Positions 1 through 10,069 of a stretch of DNA of 34,827 nucleotides are shown piece after piece. Source of the DNA: a bacterium. GTDB taxonomy: Bacteria; JACRDZ01; JAQUKH01. The stretch spans positions 62,001 to 96,827 of the forward strand of contig JAQUKH010000002.1 in the NCBI GenBank assembly GCA_028719205.1. Reading direction: 5' to 3'. Position 1 is the first letter of the stretch, and every line of letters begins with the position of its first letter. The notes beneath the pieces were generated by a model. It made no database searches. It saw nothing but the letters and a program-made list of their open reading frames with translations, and was not told the origin of the DNA. A program made the translations under genes and the position numbers.

Positions 1-745
1 AAGGCAAAAAAAGGTTTTGTCTGAAGGCGGAAGAATAAACCAGGAAACAAGGTTGTGGAATGTTGATAAATGTATAACTATTTCTATGCGCAGTAAAGAA
101 GAGTCTCATGATTACCGCTACTTTCCTGAACCGGATTTAGTTCCTTTTACGCCTGCAATGGATTGGATAAAAGAAATATCAATGACTTTGCCTGAGTTAC
201 CGCTTATAAGAGAGAAGCGGTTTGTATCGCAATATAATATTCCGTTAAATGACGCTCAAACGTTTATTAATGAAAAAGAACTGGCTGATTATTTTGAAGA
301 ATGCGTAAAATTATGTAACCAACCCAGGGTAGTAAGCAACTGGATATTAAATGAGCTTCTGGCCAAACTTAAAGAAAAAAATATCTCAATTAAGGAATGC
401 CCCATTAAGCCGGTTAATTTTAAAGAAATGATAGAATTAATGGATAAAGGAGTAATTAGCGGAAAAATTGCAAAGACTGTATTTGGAGAAATGTTTCAAT
501 CTAGCTCCAGTTCTGCCAGCGCAATAGTAGAAAGAATGGGTTTGACACAAATTGTTAACACTGACGAAATAGGCGCTATTGTAGATTCTGTAATTGCACA
601 GCAGGCAGAGGTGGTCACATCTTATAAAAACGGCAAGGAAAAGGCCCTTGGCTTTTTAGTTGGCGAGGTAATGAAAATATCCAAAGGTAAAGCAAACCCC
701 AAAATAGTAAATGAGTTATTATTAAAAAAATTAAAGGGCATTTAG
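1..745 (+). CDS. gatB: Asp/Glu-tRNA amidotransferase subunit B, 5'-truncated by window edge
   Basis: Frame open from base 2. Motifs QETRLW, MRSKE..HDYRYFPEPDL and C-terminal YqeY-like GFLVGEVMK.SKGKANP. Ends in TAG at 743-745. Confidence 0.97.
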   Translation, partial: RQKKVLSEGGRINQETRLWNVDKCITISMRSKEESHDYRYFPEPDLVPFTPAMDWIKEISMTLPELPLIREKRFVSQYNIPLNDAQTFINEKELADYFEECVKLCNQPRVVSNWILNELLAKLKEKNISIKECPIKPVNFKEMIELMDKGVISGKIAKTVFGEMFQSSSSSASAIVERMGLTQIVNTDEIGAIVDSVIAQQAEVVTSYKNGKEKALGFLVGEVMKISKGKANPKIVNELLLKKLKGI

Positions 746-847
746 GCATCCTCTAAAGATTAGGATGGGCTAAGCTTAAGCAGAACCTGCCCGAGGTAGG
801 CAGGTCCGCGTAATCAGGTATGATTGATATTACAGCAGGAGTGTTCC

Positions 848-2332
848 ATGAAAATTCTTGTAGTAGATGATAATGAGATTATATTGAATGTAGTTTCAGA
901 TGTTCTCAGAGCAGATGGATATTCGGTTGTTTCAGTTAATAACGCGCCTGAGGCATTGAAAAAATTAAAGCAGAAAGATTATGAACTTTTGATAACTGAT
1001 ATTAAGATGCCTTTTATGACTGGAATAGAAATAATTAAAAAACTGCCCCAGATTTCTCCGCACACAAAAGTAATTATTATAACAGGTTGTACGGAATTAG
1101 ATTTAGCCCAGGACGCTATCAGACAAGGAGTATATGAATATCTTTTAAAGCCTTTTAATAATGATACGCTGCGTTTAGCGGTTAAAAACGCGATTAAGAG
1201 AAAAAAAGAAGAAGAAGAAGCAGCCCGCTTAAAAGAATTATTTGGCCTCTTTCGGGTCAGCGAATTTATAACTTCAAGCTATACTTCAAAAAAACTTCTT
1301 GAATTAATTCTTTCTTATATTATTAAACAGCTTAATGCCAGTCAGGGTTCGATTATGCTTTTGAATCGAGAAACGGAGACTCTTTTTATAGCTGCCTCTG
1401 TAGGGTTAGATGAAGAAATTGTTAAAAATACTAATATAAAAGTAGGTGAAGGGATTGCAGGCCGTGTATTTAAGGACGGGATGCCCGTTCTTGTAACAAA
1501 TATAGAAGAACATCCTTTATTTTCTGAAATTGCCCGCGGTTATCCTGACAAATCTTTTGTAAGCTATGCCATTAAATCAAATGAAGAGATTATTTCTTTC
1601 CCCCTGGCTACAGCTAAAAAAGTGCTAGGTGTGATTAATGTCAGAAAAAAGACAGATAATACTTCTTTTACGCAGGCTGATATGGAATTGATTTCGATTC
1701 TTTCAACTCAGGCAGCCGTTGCCATTGAAAACAACCAGCTTTTAGATAATCTGAATAATGTTTATATAGAAATAATGCAGTTTATTGTCGCGCTAACTGA
1801 AGCCCGGGATGTTTATTTAAAAGGGCATACACAACGAGTTACTGAATGGTGTTTAAAATTAGGAGAGGAATTAAGGCTTGAAAAAGAGGAATTGGAAGTA
1901 TTAAGATATGCGGCGACATTGCATGATATAGGTAAATTGGCTGTTAACGAATTGATCCTTAATAAACCGGTTAAGTTTACGCCTGAAGAATATGAAATGA
2001 TAAAAACACATTCCATTATAGGCGCAAATATTCTTAAGCCGCTTAATTTTCTTAGCCGTTCTCGTGATATTGTCTTACACCATCATGAGCGTATAGATGG
2101 CAAAGGCTATCCTGATGGGCTTTGCGGGAAGGAACTTAGTTTGTCTATGAATATTATTATTCTTGCTGATTCGTACGATGCTATGCATTCCAACCGCGCT
2201 TACAGGGCGGCCTTACCCGAAGAGGAAATAAAAAATGAAATTTCTAAAAATATTAATAAACAATTCGATCCGGTTGTAGTGGATGCGTTTTTTAAATTAC
2301 TAGAGAAGCAAAAGAAAGAAAAGGCGGAATAA
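848..2332 (+). CDS. Response regulator with REC, GAF and HD-GYP (c-di-GMP phosphodiesterase-type) domains
   Basis: KILVVDD...ITDIKMP receiver, central GAF (GEGIAGRV, AAVAIEN), LHDIGK and HHERIDGKGYPDGL. ATG at 848 follows AGGAG (837-841). Confidence 0.92.
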   Translation: MKILVVDDNEIILNVVSDVLRADGYSVVSVNNAPEALKKLKQKDYELLITDIKMPFMTGIEIIKKLPQISPHTKVIIITGCTELDLAQDAIRQGVYEYLLKPFNNDTLRLAVKNAIKRKKEEEEAARLKELFGLFRVSEFITSSYTSKKLLELILSYIIKQLNASQGSIMLLNRETETLFIAASVGLDEEIVKNTNIKVGEGIAGRVFKDGMPVLVTNIEEHPLFSEIARGYPDKSFVSYAIKSNEEIISFPLATAKKVLGVINVRKKTDNTSFTQADMELISILSTQAAVAIENNQLLDNLNNVYIEIMQFIVALTEARDVYLKGHTQRVTEWCLKLGEELRLEKEELEVLRYAATLHDIGKLAVNELILNKPVKFTPEEYEMIKTHSIIGANILKPLNFLSRSRDIVLHHHERIDGKGYPDGLCGKELSLSMNIIILADSYDAMHSNRAYRAALPEEEIKNEISKNINKQFDPVVVDAFFKLLEKQKKEKAE

Positions 2333-2809
2333 AGAAAATAAATAAACATAAAATAATATTTTAAGGCGTTATTCTATCTGGATCAATAATTGGTTAATCA
2401 AAATAAGGTCTAAAGTAAGCATATTTCTCGTTATTTTCCTCATTTTATCCACAGCTTGAGCACATCTATTTTTATAATAATAAAAATCATGTTAAATTAA
2501 GGTTGATGCGCGGAATTTTGCGTCTTACCTTAAGAAAATTACTAACTGCCATTGTTTAAACGATATTTCTCAATGTTGGGAAAACCTAATAAATAACTAA
2601 TGATACCAATAAGTTACGCATATCTATTTGCTAAATAACAAAATAAATATTAATAATTATATTTTAATTGGAAAATTATCAAGTACTTGGATAAATATCT
2701 TTAGAGTGTAGTTAAAATAAGGAATATTTTGATTTAATCGGGAGTTTATAACAGGTTATCCACACCCAAACCAATATGTGTACATGGATTTGGGTGGATA
2801 ATAGATTTT
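2333..2809. other. DnaA-box/IHF-site cluster in AT-rich intergenic gap (candidate oriC or datA/DARS-like locus)
   Basis: Perfect TTATCCACA at 2445-2453 and 2756-2764. GGTGGATAA (8/9, reverse) at 2793-2801 and CTTGGATAA (7/9) at 2686-2694. IHF consensus TATCAAGTACTTG at 2677-2689. Very AT-rich 2635-2680. Confidence 0.6.
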
Positions 2810-3199
2810 TTAATGCTGCAATCCTTCAACGAAATCCTGATATTCTTCAGCGCTCATTAAGGCGGAAAGCTCTTTTGGATCATTCATTTCGACTTTTAAC
2901 ATCCATCCATCATCGTAAGGGGCATCATTGACAATTTCAGGGCTGTCAAGAAGATCTTCGTTTGTTTCTACGACTACGCCGCTTACCGGAGCATACAGAT
3001 CTGAAACGGTTTTAACTGATTCAACTACTCCAAATTCAATTAAATGTTCTATTTCTGTTTCGATTTCCGGCAATTCTACAAAAACTATCTCTCCTAATTC
3101 ACTTTGTGCATAATCTGTAATACCTATAGTTGCTAAATTTCCATCAACCTTAACCCATGTATGTTCTTTTGTGTATTTAAGTTCTTCCGGATGATTCAT
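2810..3199 (-). CDS. gcvH: Glycine cleavage system H protein
   Basis: [27 protein letters not shown], lipoyl-Lys motif ESVKT, PY.DGW. Start moved to ATG at 3199, which follows a G-rich SD. Confidence 0.95.
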   Translation of the reverse strand: MNHPEELKYTKEHTWVKVDGNLATIGITDYAQSELGEIVFVELPEIETEIEHLIEFGVVESVKTVSDLYAPVSGVVVETNEDLLDSPEIVNDAPYDDGWMLKVEMNDPKELSALMSAEEYQDFVEGLQH

Positions 3200-3224
3200 A
3201 ATATGTTCCCCCCTGATAAAAATT

Positions 3225-3572
3225 TTATTTCTTTTTATTTTTTCCATCTACATAAACGGTAATTGGTTCAAAACCTTGAAGTTCTTCTCTAGTAAAATAA
3301 GCATAAGATATAATTATAATAATATCCTGCGGAAGAACTAATCTGGCGGCAGCTCCATTAATGCAGATTATGCCGCTTCCTTTTTTTCCGGGCAGAACAT
3401 AAGTTTCCAGACGATTACCATTATTGAGGTCAACGATCTGTACTATTTCATAAGGAAGAATCTGAGATTTTTCCAATAGAGCAGTATCAATAGTAACGCT
3501 GCCCTCATAATGTAAGTTGGCATCCGTAACGGTTGCCCTATGTATTTTTGATTTACAAACTTTATATAACAT
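3225..3572 (-). CDS. panD: Aspartate 1-decarboxylase
   Basis: [16 protein letters not shown] (G-S self-cleavage site), [15 protein letters not shown]. Confidence 0.96.
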   Translation of the reverse strand: MLYKVCKSKIHRATVTDANLHYEGSVTIDTALLEKSQILPYEIVQIVDLNNGNRLETYVLPGKKGSGIICINGAAARLVLPQDIIIIISYAYFTREELQGFEPITVYVDGKNKKK

Positions 3573-3592
3573 AATAATTTTTTTGGAAGTAA

Positions 3593-3621
3593 AGTGTAAC
3601 TATTTTTTATAGTGATGTCAA
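3593..3621 (-). promoter_or_regulatory. Sigma70-type promoter for panD-gcvH
   Basis: TTGACA (3621-3616), 17 bp, TACACT (3598-3593) on the minus strand. Confidence 0.6.
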
Positions 3622-3646
3622 GGAAAAAAATAAAAATGTAAAAATC

Positions 3647-3675
3647 TTGACAGAATAAGGTTAATATTGTATATT
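3647..3675 (+). promoter_or_regulatory. Sigma70-type promoter for ychF-like/glgC
   Basis: TTGACA (3647-3652), 17 bp, TATATT (3670-3675). Back-to-back with the panD promoter. Confidence 0.6.
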
Positions 3676-3727
3676 TTTTAAGTAATTTATTTCAAATACG
3701 GTATAATTCGTTTGAAGGAGATTTATT

Positions 3728-4801
3728 GTGAAATTAGGGATTATAGGCCTGCCGCAGGTAGGAAAACATACATTATTCAATTTGCTCACTCAGGGCAGAG
3801 TTGAAAAAACAAAAGGGCATTTTGAAGAAGTAACGCTTGGTATCGCGGAGGTCAGGGAGGAAAGGCTGGTTAAATTAGCGCAAATTTATCAAAGCAAAAA
3901 AATTACACCGGAAACAATTGAATATTTTCTTTTTCCCAATATTCAGGATGATGCGGAAAAAACGCGTCAGCTTTTGTCCAATCTGGCTGATACGAACGCT
4001 ATCGTTCATTTGGTGCGGGCCTTTTCAAGTGAGTCGGTTTTTCACGCGGCCGGATCAGTTGATGCCTGCCGGGATATTGAAAGGGTTAATGATGAACTGG
4101 TATTTTCGGATCTCTTTAAAATTGAAAAACGTTTTGAGAGGCTGGAAAAGGAACTGAAAAAATTGAAAGACCCCGTAAAGGAAAAAGAGTTCGAATTGCT
4201 GAAAAAATGTAAAACCCTTCTTGAGGGAGGCACGTTTTTACGTGAAGTGGAATTTAGCGCGGAGGAAGAGAAAATAACCCGCGGATTCCAATTCTTAACG
4301 CAAAAAGGATTATTAATAATTATTAATGTTGATGAGGATAAACTGAATGATTTTGAATTACTGAATAAAATTAAAGAAAAGTATCAGCGTAAAAATACGG
4401 TTTGTATACAGGTTAGCGTAAAAGTAGAGCAGGAAATAAACCAGCTGCCGGAAAGTGAACGCGCGGAATATATGGAGGCTCTTGGATTAAAAAAGTCTGC
4501 TATGGAGGAAATTACTCAATCTTCATTCCGTTTGATGGATCTGATCGCGTTCTTTACAGCCGGAGAACCGGAAGCGCGTGCTTGGTCTATCCGCCGGGGC
4601 CGGAACGCGCAGCAGGCAGGCGGGGAAATTCATTCGGACATCGAAAGAGGTTTTATCCGCGCTGAACTGATCAAATACAATGACCTGATGTCTGCCGGCG
4701 GCAGCCCCGCGAAGGCAAAAGAAAAAGGATTATTTTACCTGAAGGGTAAAGATTATATTGTTGAGGATGGAGATATATTTTTGTTCAGGTTTAACGTGTA
4801 A
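3728..4801 (+). CDS. ychF: YchF/Obg-like ATPase family protein, divergent
   Basis: GIIGLPQVGK, HLVRAF, FFTAG..EARAW, GEIHSDIERGFIRAE, GKDYIVEDGDI..FRFNV (TGS/DUF933 C-terminus). GTG start after GAAGGAG. G1 and G3 motifs are atypical. Confidence 0.85.
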   Translation: MKLGIIGLPQVGKHTLFNLLTQGRVEKTKGHFEEVTLGIAEVREERLVKLAQIYQSKKITPETIEYFLFPNIQDDAEKTRQLLSNLADTNAIVHLVRAFSSESVFHAAGSVDACRDIERVNDELVFSDLFKIEKRFERLEKELKKLKDPVKEKEFELLKKCKTLLEGGTFLREVEFSAEEEKITRGFQFLTQKGLLIIINVDEDKLNDFELLNKIKEKYQRKNTVCIQVSVKVEQEINQLPESERAEYMEALGLKKSAMEEITQSSFRLMDLIAFFTAGEPEARAWSIRRGRNAQQAGGEIHSDIERGFIRAELIKYNDLMSAGGSPAKAKEKGLFYLKGKDYIVEDGDIFLFRFNV

Positions 4802-4803
4802 TT

Positions 4804-6027
4804 ATGAATAAAGTTATAACATTTATTATGGCGGGGGGGAAAGGTGAAAGGTTATATCCTTTAACAAAGGACAGGACTAAGCCGGCCGTTCCGTTCGGCG
4901 GGATCTACAGGATCATTGATTTTACGTTAAGTAACTGCATTAATTCTGACCTGCGTAATATCTATATTTTAACGCAGTATAAATCCGCGTCTTTGAACAG
5001 GCATATACGGTTGGGTTGGAATATTTTTTCTTCAGAACTGGGAGAACATATTGATATACTGCCCGCGCAGCAGCGGGTGGGTGAATCCTGGTATCTCGGG
5101 ACCGCTGACGCTATTTATCAGAATCTTTATCTTCTCGATATCGATAAACCTAAGGAAGTATTAATATTAGCGGGTGATCACGTTTATAAGATGAATTATT
5201 ATTCCATGATAGATTTCCACAGGTATAGAGACGCTGATCTGACTGTTGGCGTAGTGGAGGTTGATAAGGATAAGGCCGGCCAGTTTGGAGTATTGGAAGT
5301 AGATAGTGAAGGTAATGTAATAGGGTTTCAGGAAAAGCCATCCCTCGCAAAAACCATACCGTCAAAACCGGATAAGATATACGCGTCCATGGGTATATAT
5401 GTTTTCAAATATCCTACCCTTCAACAGGAATTACAGGGTGATACGAAAGATCCCGAATCCGCGCATGATTTTGGAAAGAACATAATTCCGCATATGTTAA
5501 AAAAAGGTTTGAAGATAACCGCGCATAATTTTATTGATGAGAATAAAAAAGAAGCAAAATACTGGCGGGATATTGGGACGATCGACGCGTATTATGATGC
5601 GAATATGGATTTGGTGCAGATCGATCCGGTCTTTAATCTTTATGACAAGCATTGGCCTATAAGAACCTATCAGGAACAGTTTCCCTCGGCGAAAACCGTA
5701 TTCGCGGGCGGTGAAAATAGCGACCGTATAGGGCTTGTGCTTGATTCTCTGATCTCGAGCGGATGTATTGTCAGCGGGGGAAAAGTTCAGAATTCAATAC
5801 TTTCTCCAAATGTAAGGATAAACAGTTTCTCAGAGGTTTATAATTCAATCCTTATGGAAGGCGTAAGGGTAGGCAGGCATTCCAAAATAAAACGGGCGAT
5901 AATAGACAAGGATGTAAATATCCCGGAGGGGGCGGTTATCGGTTATAATATAGAAGAAGACAGAAAAAGGTTTACAGTCAGTGAATCCGGTATTGTTGTA
6001 GTTGAGAAAAGGGCGGATCTAAAATGA
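4804..6027 (+). CDS. glgC: Glucose-1-phosphate adenylyltransferase
   Basis: AGG.GERL.PLT..RTKPAVPFGG.YRIIDF.LSN, GTADA, FQEKP, ASMGIY, DFGK.IIP, YWRDIGT. Confidence 0.97.
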   Translation: MNKVITFIMAGGKGERLYPLTKDRTKPAVPFGGIYRIIDFTLSNCINSDLRNIYILTQYKSASLNRHIRLGWNIFSSELGEHIDILPAQQRVGESWYLGTADAIYQNLYLLDIDKPKEVLILAGDHVYKMNYYSMIDFHRYRDADLTVGVVEVDKDKAGQFGVLEVDSEGNVIGFQEKPSLAKTIPSKPDKIYASMGIYVFKYPTLQQELQGDTKDPESAHDFGKNIIPHMLKKGLKITAHNFIDENKKEAKYWRDIGTIDAYYDANMDLVQIDPVFNLYDKHWPIRTYQEQFPSAKTVFAGGENSDRIGLVLDSLISSGCIVSGGKVQNSILSPNVRINSFSEVYNSILMEGVRVGRHSKIKRAIIDKDVNIPEGAVIGYNIEEDRKRFTVSESGIVVVEKRADLK

Positions 6028-6087
6028 ATAGGAAAGAACTGTAATTATTCTTCTAAAATATGTTTAATATATTAGCAAAAAAAATGC

Positions 6088-6116
6088 TTGCAGGGTGAAA
6101 ATGATTATGGTAGAAT
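6088..6116 (+). promoter_or_regulatory. Sigma70-type promoter for the ferredoxin gene (possibly fdx-metK-apt)
   Basis: TTGCAG, 17 bp, TGg-TAGAAT (extended -10). Confidence 0.55.
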
Positions 6117-6175
6117 TCACTTTCCAACAAGAAAAGAGTAGTTATTAATTTGAAAAAAAAGAAAGGAGACTAAAT

Positions 6176-6358
6176 ATGTTCCCAAAGGTTGATTTAAACA
6201 AATGTGATGGTGATGGAATCTGTGTTGAGAATTGTCCCGCAAATGTGTTTGAGCTCAAAGATAAGAAATCAAAAGTGGTTCATCCTGAAGATTGTACAGA
6301 ATGCGGTATTTGTGTAGAAAATTGTCCTAAAAAGGCAATTGAATTAGTAGAAAAATAA
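6176..6358 (+). CDS. Small dicluster ferredoxin
   Basis: CDGDGIC...CP and CTECGIC...CP. SD AAGGAG upstream. Confidence 0.93.
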   Translation: MFPKVDLNKCDGDGICVENCPANVFELKDKKSKVVHPEDCTECGICVENCPKKAIELVEK

Positions 6359-6364
6359 TAAAAC

Positions 6365-6433
6365 AGCTGAGTAGTTGCACCTGATTAACAAGAGGGATGG
6401 GATTGTTATCAGGATTACTTTGGCTACCCAGCT
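6365..6433 (+). other. Bulged long hairpin in the fdx-metK intergenic region (candidate structured RNA)
   Basis: 6365-6376 pairs with 6422-6433 and 6380-6391 pairs with 6403-6413. Purine-rich loop GAGGGATGGGA. No U-tract follows. Confidence 0.45.
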
Positions 6434-6569
6434 ATGAGTTTATCGGTTTATATTTTTTTAACTTAATATTAATTGTTGCTTTTGCTCTAGATTTTAACTT
6501 ATTTTTTAATAAAAGCAATAAAAAAAATTTAATTTTTTATAAGTTAAATTTGAATGGAAGGAGTTTAAA

Positions 6570-7772
6570 ATGGTAGGGAAAAACTATTTGTTTACGTCAG
6601 AATCAGTTACGGAAGGCCATCCTGACAAGGTTTGTGATCAGATTTCTGATTCAGTATTGGATGAAGTTTATCGTCAGGATCCGCCTAATAAAAATAATTT
6701 TCACACCCGGGTCGCGTGTGAAACGTATATTACCGTTGGTTTAGTAGTTGTTGGCGGTGAAATGACCACAAGCGCTTATGTTGATTTGCCGGTTATTGTA
6801 AGAAATTTAATAAAAAGTATAGGTTATACGGACGCTAAATATGGTTTCAATTATGATACTTGCGCGATCTTAAATGCTATCGGCCGACAGTCACCTGATA
6901 TCGCTCAGGGAGTAGGAAGAAAAGGAAAAGTTATTGGAGCCGGTGATCAGGGTTTAATGATCGGTTACGCGTGCGATGAAACCAAAGAACTTATGCCGCT
7001 TCCTATTATGCTATCCCACAAGCTGGCAAAGAGATTGGCAGAAGTCAGGAAGAAGAATATTCTTTCATATCTTGGCCCGGATGGAAAATCTCAGGTTACA
7101 GTAAGATATGAAAACGGCAGGCCTATTGCTGTGGATAAAATTGTTGTTTCCAGCCAGCATACAGAAGAAGCGCTTGATAAAAAGAAAGAAAATATGGCCG
7201 ATTGGGCCCGGGACGAGATAATTGAATCAATTATTAAACCGGTTATTCCTTCCGCGCTTTTAAAGAATTTTAACTGGAAAAAGGATTGTTATATCAATCC
7301 GACGGGAAGATTTCTTATCGGAGGGCCTCAGTCTGATACCGGAATGACAGGACGAAAAATAATAGTTGATACTTATGGCGGTATGGCCCCGCATGGCGGT
7401 GGCGCGTTCTCAGGAAAAGACGCGACAAAGGTCGACAGGTCAGCCACGTATATGGCGCGTTATATCGCGAAAAATGTTGTCGCGAGCAAATTGGCAACTA
7501 AATGTATGATCCAGCTTGCCTATGCCATAGGAGTTCCTGAACCGGTATCAATTATGGTTGAGACTTTTGGAACAGGTAAAGTATCAGAAGAAAAATTTAA
7601 TAAATTAGTTCGTAAGCATTTTAAATTAACACCCAGGGAAATTATTGACACACTTGAACTTCACCGTCCGATCTATACTAAAACTGCCGCATATGGCCAT
7701 TTCGGGCGTGAAGGTGAAGGTTTTACATGGGAGAAAACGGATAAAGCGGAACTTTTACGGGATGATGCATAA
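6570..7772 (+). CDS. metK: S-adenosylmethionine synthetase
   Basis: [60 protein letters not shown]. Confidence 0.98.
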   Translation: MVGKNYLFTSESVTEGHPDKVCDQISDSVLDEVYRQDPPNKNNFHTRVACETYITVGLVVVGGEMTTSAYVDLPVIVRNLIKSIGYTDAKYGFNYDTCAILNAIGRQSPDIAQGVGRKGKVIGAGDQGLMIGYACDETKELMPLPIMLSHKLAKRLAEVRKKNILSYLGPDGKSQVTVRYENGRPIAVDKIVVSSQHTEEALDKKKENMADWARDEIIESIIKPVIPSALLKNFNWKKDCYINPTGRFLIGGPQSDTGMTGRKIIVDTYGGMAPHGGGAFSGKDATKVDRSATYMARYIAKNVVASKLATKCMIQLAYAIGVPEPVSIMVETFGTGKVSEEKFNKLVRKHFKLTPREIIDTLELHRPIYTKTAAYGHFGREGEGFTWEKTDKAELLRDDA

Positions 7773-7842
7773 TTAAGATAAGTTATTGAGTTTGGAAGTT
7801 AAAAAGTTGAAAAACTCTTAAACTGATTATACAGGAGAATAA

Positions 7843-8361
7843 ATGAGCTTGAAAAAAAGCGTAAGAGATGTTCCGAATTTTCCTAAAGAAGGGATAATAT
7901 TTAAAGATATTACACCTTTGTTAAAAGATCCAAAGGCGTTTCGTTCAGCTATTAATAAAATGGCTAAACATTACAAGGGGAAGAAGATAGACGGGATCGT
8001 CGCTGTTGAAGCGCGTGGTTTTATTTTTGCGGGGGCATTGGCCGCAAAATTGAAAACAGGTTTTATACCTGTTCGTAAGCCGGGAAAACTTCCATATAAA
8101 ACGATCAGTGAAACATACCAGCTGGAATATGGTACGGATGCCCTGCAGATCCATGAAGACGCAATAAAGCCCGGCGATAAAATTTTAATCGTTGATGATC
8201 TATTGGCTACAGGCGGAACTGTTGCGGCAGTTGTCAATATGGTTAAAAAACTTGGTGGTGAGGTCGTGGGTATAGGATTCCTGATTGAGCTTGCTTTTTT
8301 GAATGGGCGGAGTAAACTTTCAGGACATGAAATATTTTCTGAGTTGGTTTATAAAAAATAG
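7843..8361 (+). CDS. apt: Adenine phosphoribosyltransferase
   Basis: FPKEGIIFKDITPLL, EARGF, RKPGKLP, LEYGTD, PRPP motif IVDDLLATGGT. Confidence 0.97.
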   Translation: MSLKKSVRDVPNFPKEGIIFKDITPLLKDPKAFRSAINKMAKHYKGKKIDGIVAVEARGFIFAGALAAKLKTGFIPVRKPGKLPYKTISETYQLEYGTDALQIHEDAIKPGDKILIVDDLLATGGTVAAVVNMVKKLGGEVVGIGFLIELAFLNGRSKLSGHEIFSELVYKK

Positions 8362-8406
8362 ATTATCAGGTCGAATAGCAGGTCATAGTGTTGAATGTTT
8401 TTTTGT

Positions 8407-8439
8407 TGGGCGTCCCGATATATCGGGACGTCCATTTTT
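8407..8439 (+). terminator. GC-rich palindrome with short U-tract after apt; also copy 1 of the GTCCCGAT/ATCGGGAC element
   Basis: TGGGCGTCCCGAT-AT-ATCGGGACGTCCA followed by TTTTT. Confidence 0.55.
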
Positions 8440-8511
8440 ATTAATTATCATTTTTCACCCTCATATCTGCAAAAAAACAATATTATTTTTATTAATATTA
8501 TGATAAAATAA

Positions 8512-9870
<1,359 letters not shown>

Positions 9871-10002
9871 ACTTTTATATACATGTCTAATATGTTGAAT
9901 ATCCCCTTCGAGGATAACAAGGACTAGAAGCAGATAGAACCTGGCTTTCAGCCAGAACCTTCTGCTTAAGTCTTGTTTATACCCATAGGGTATAAGTTTC
10001 GT

Positions 10003-10029
10003 TTGAGTCCCGATTTCATCGGGACTCAA
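10003..10029. repeat. Palindromic element, copy 2 (GTCCCGAT-N3-ATCGGGAC)
   Basis: TTGAGTCCCGAT-TTC-ATCGGGACTCAA. The 8-bp core arms are identical to those at 8412-8429. Confidence 0.7.
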
Positions 10030-10069
10030 CTCAGCTTTATTGGAAAAGTACATTTTTTTAATATAATGA

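Noticed and set aside
6359..6569. Canonical SAM-I/II/III riboswitch upstream of metK
   Set aside because: The SAM-I core (ATC.AGAG...GAGGGA..GGCCC...GCAACC...GTGC) is not present in order. Only short fragments such as AAGAGGGA resemble it.
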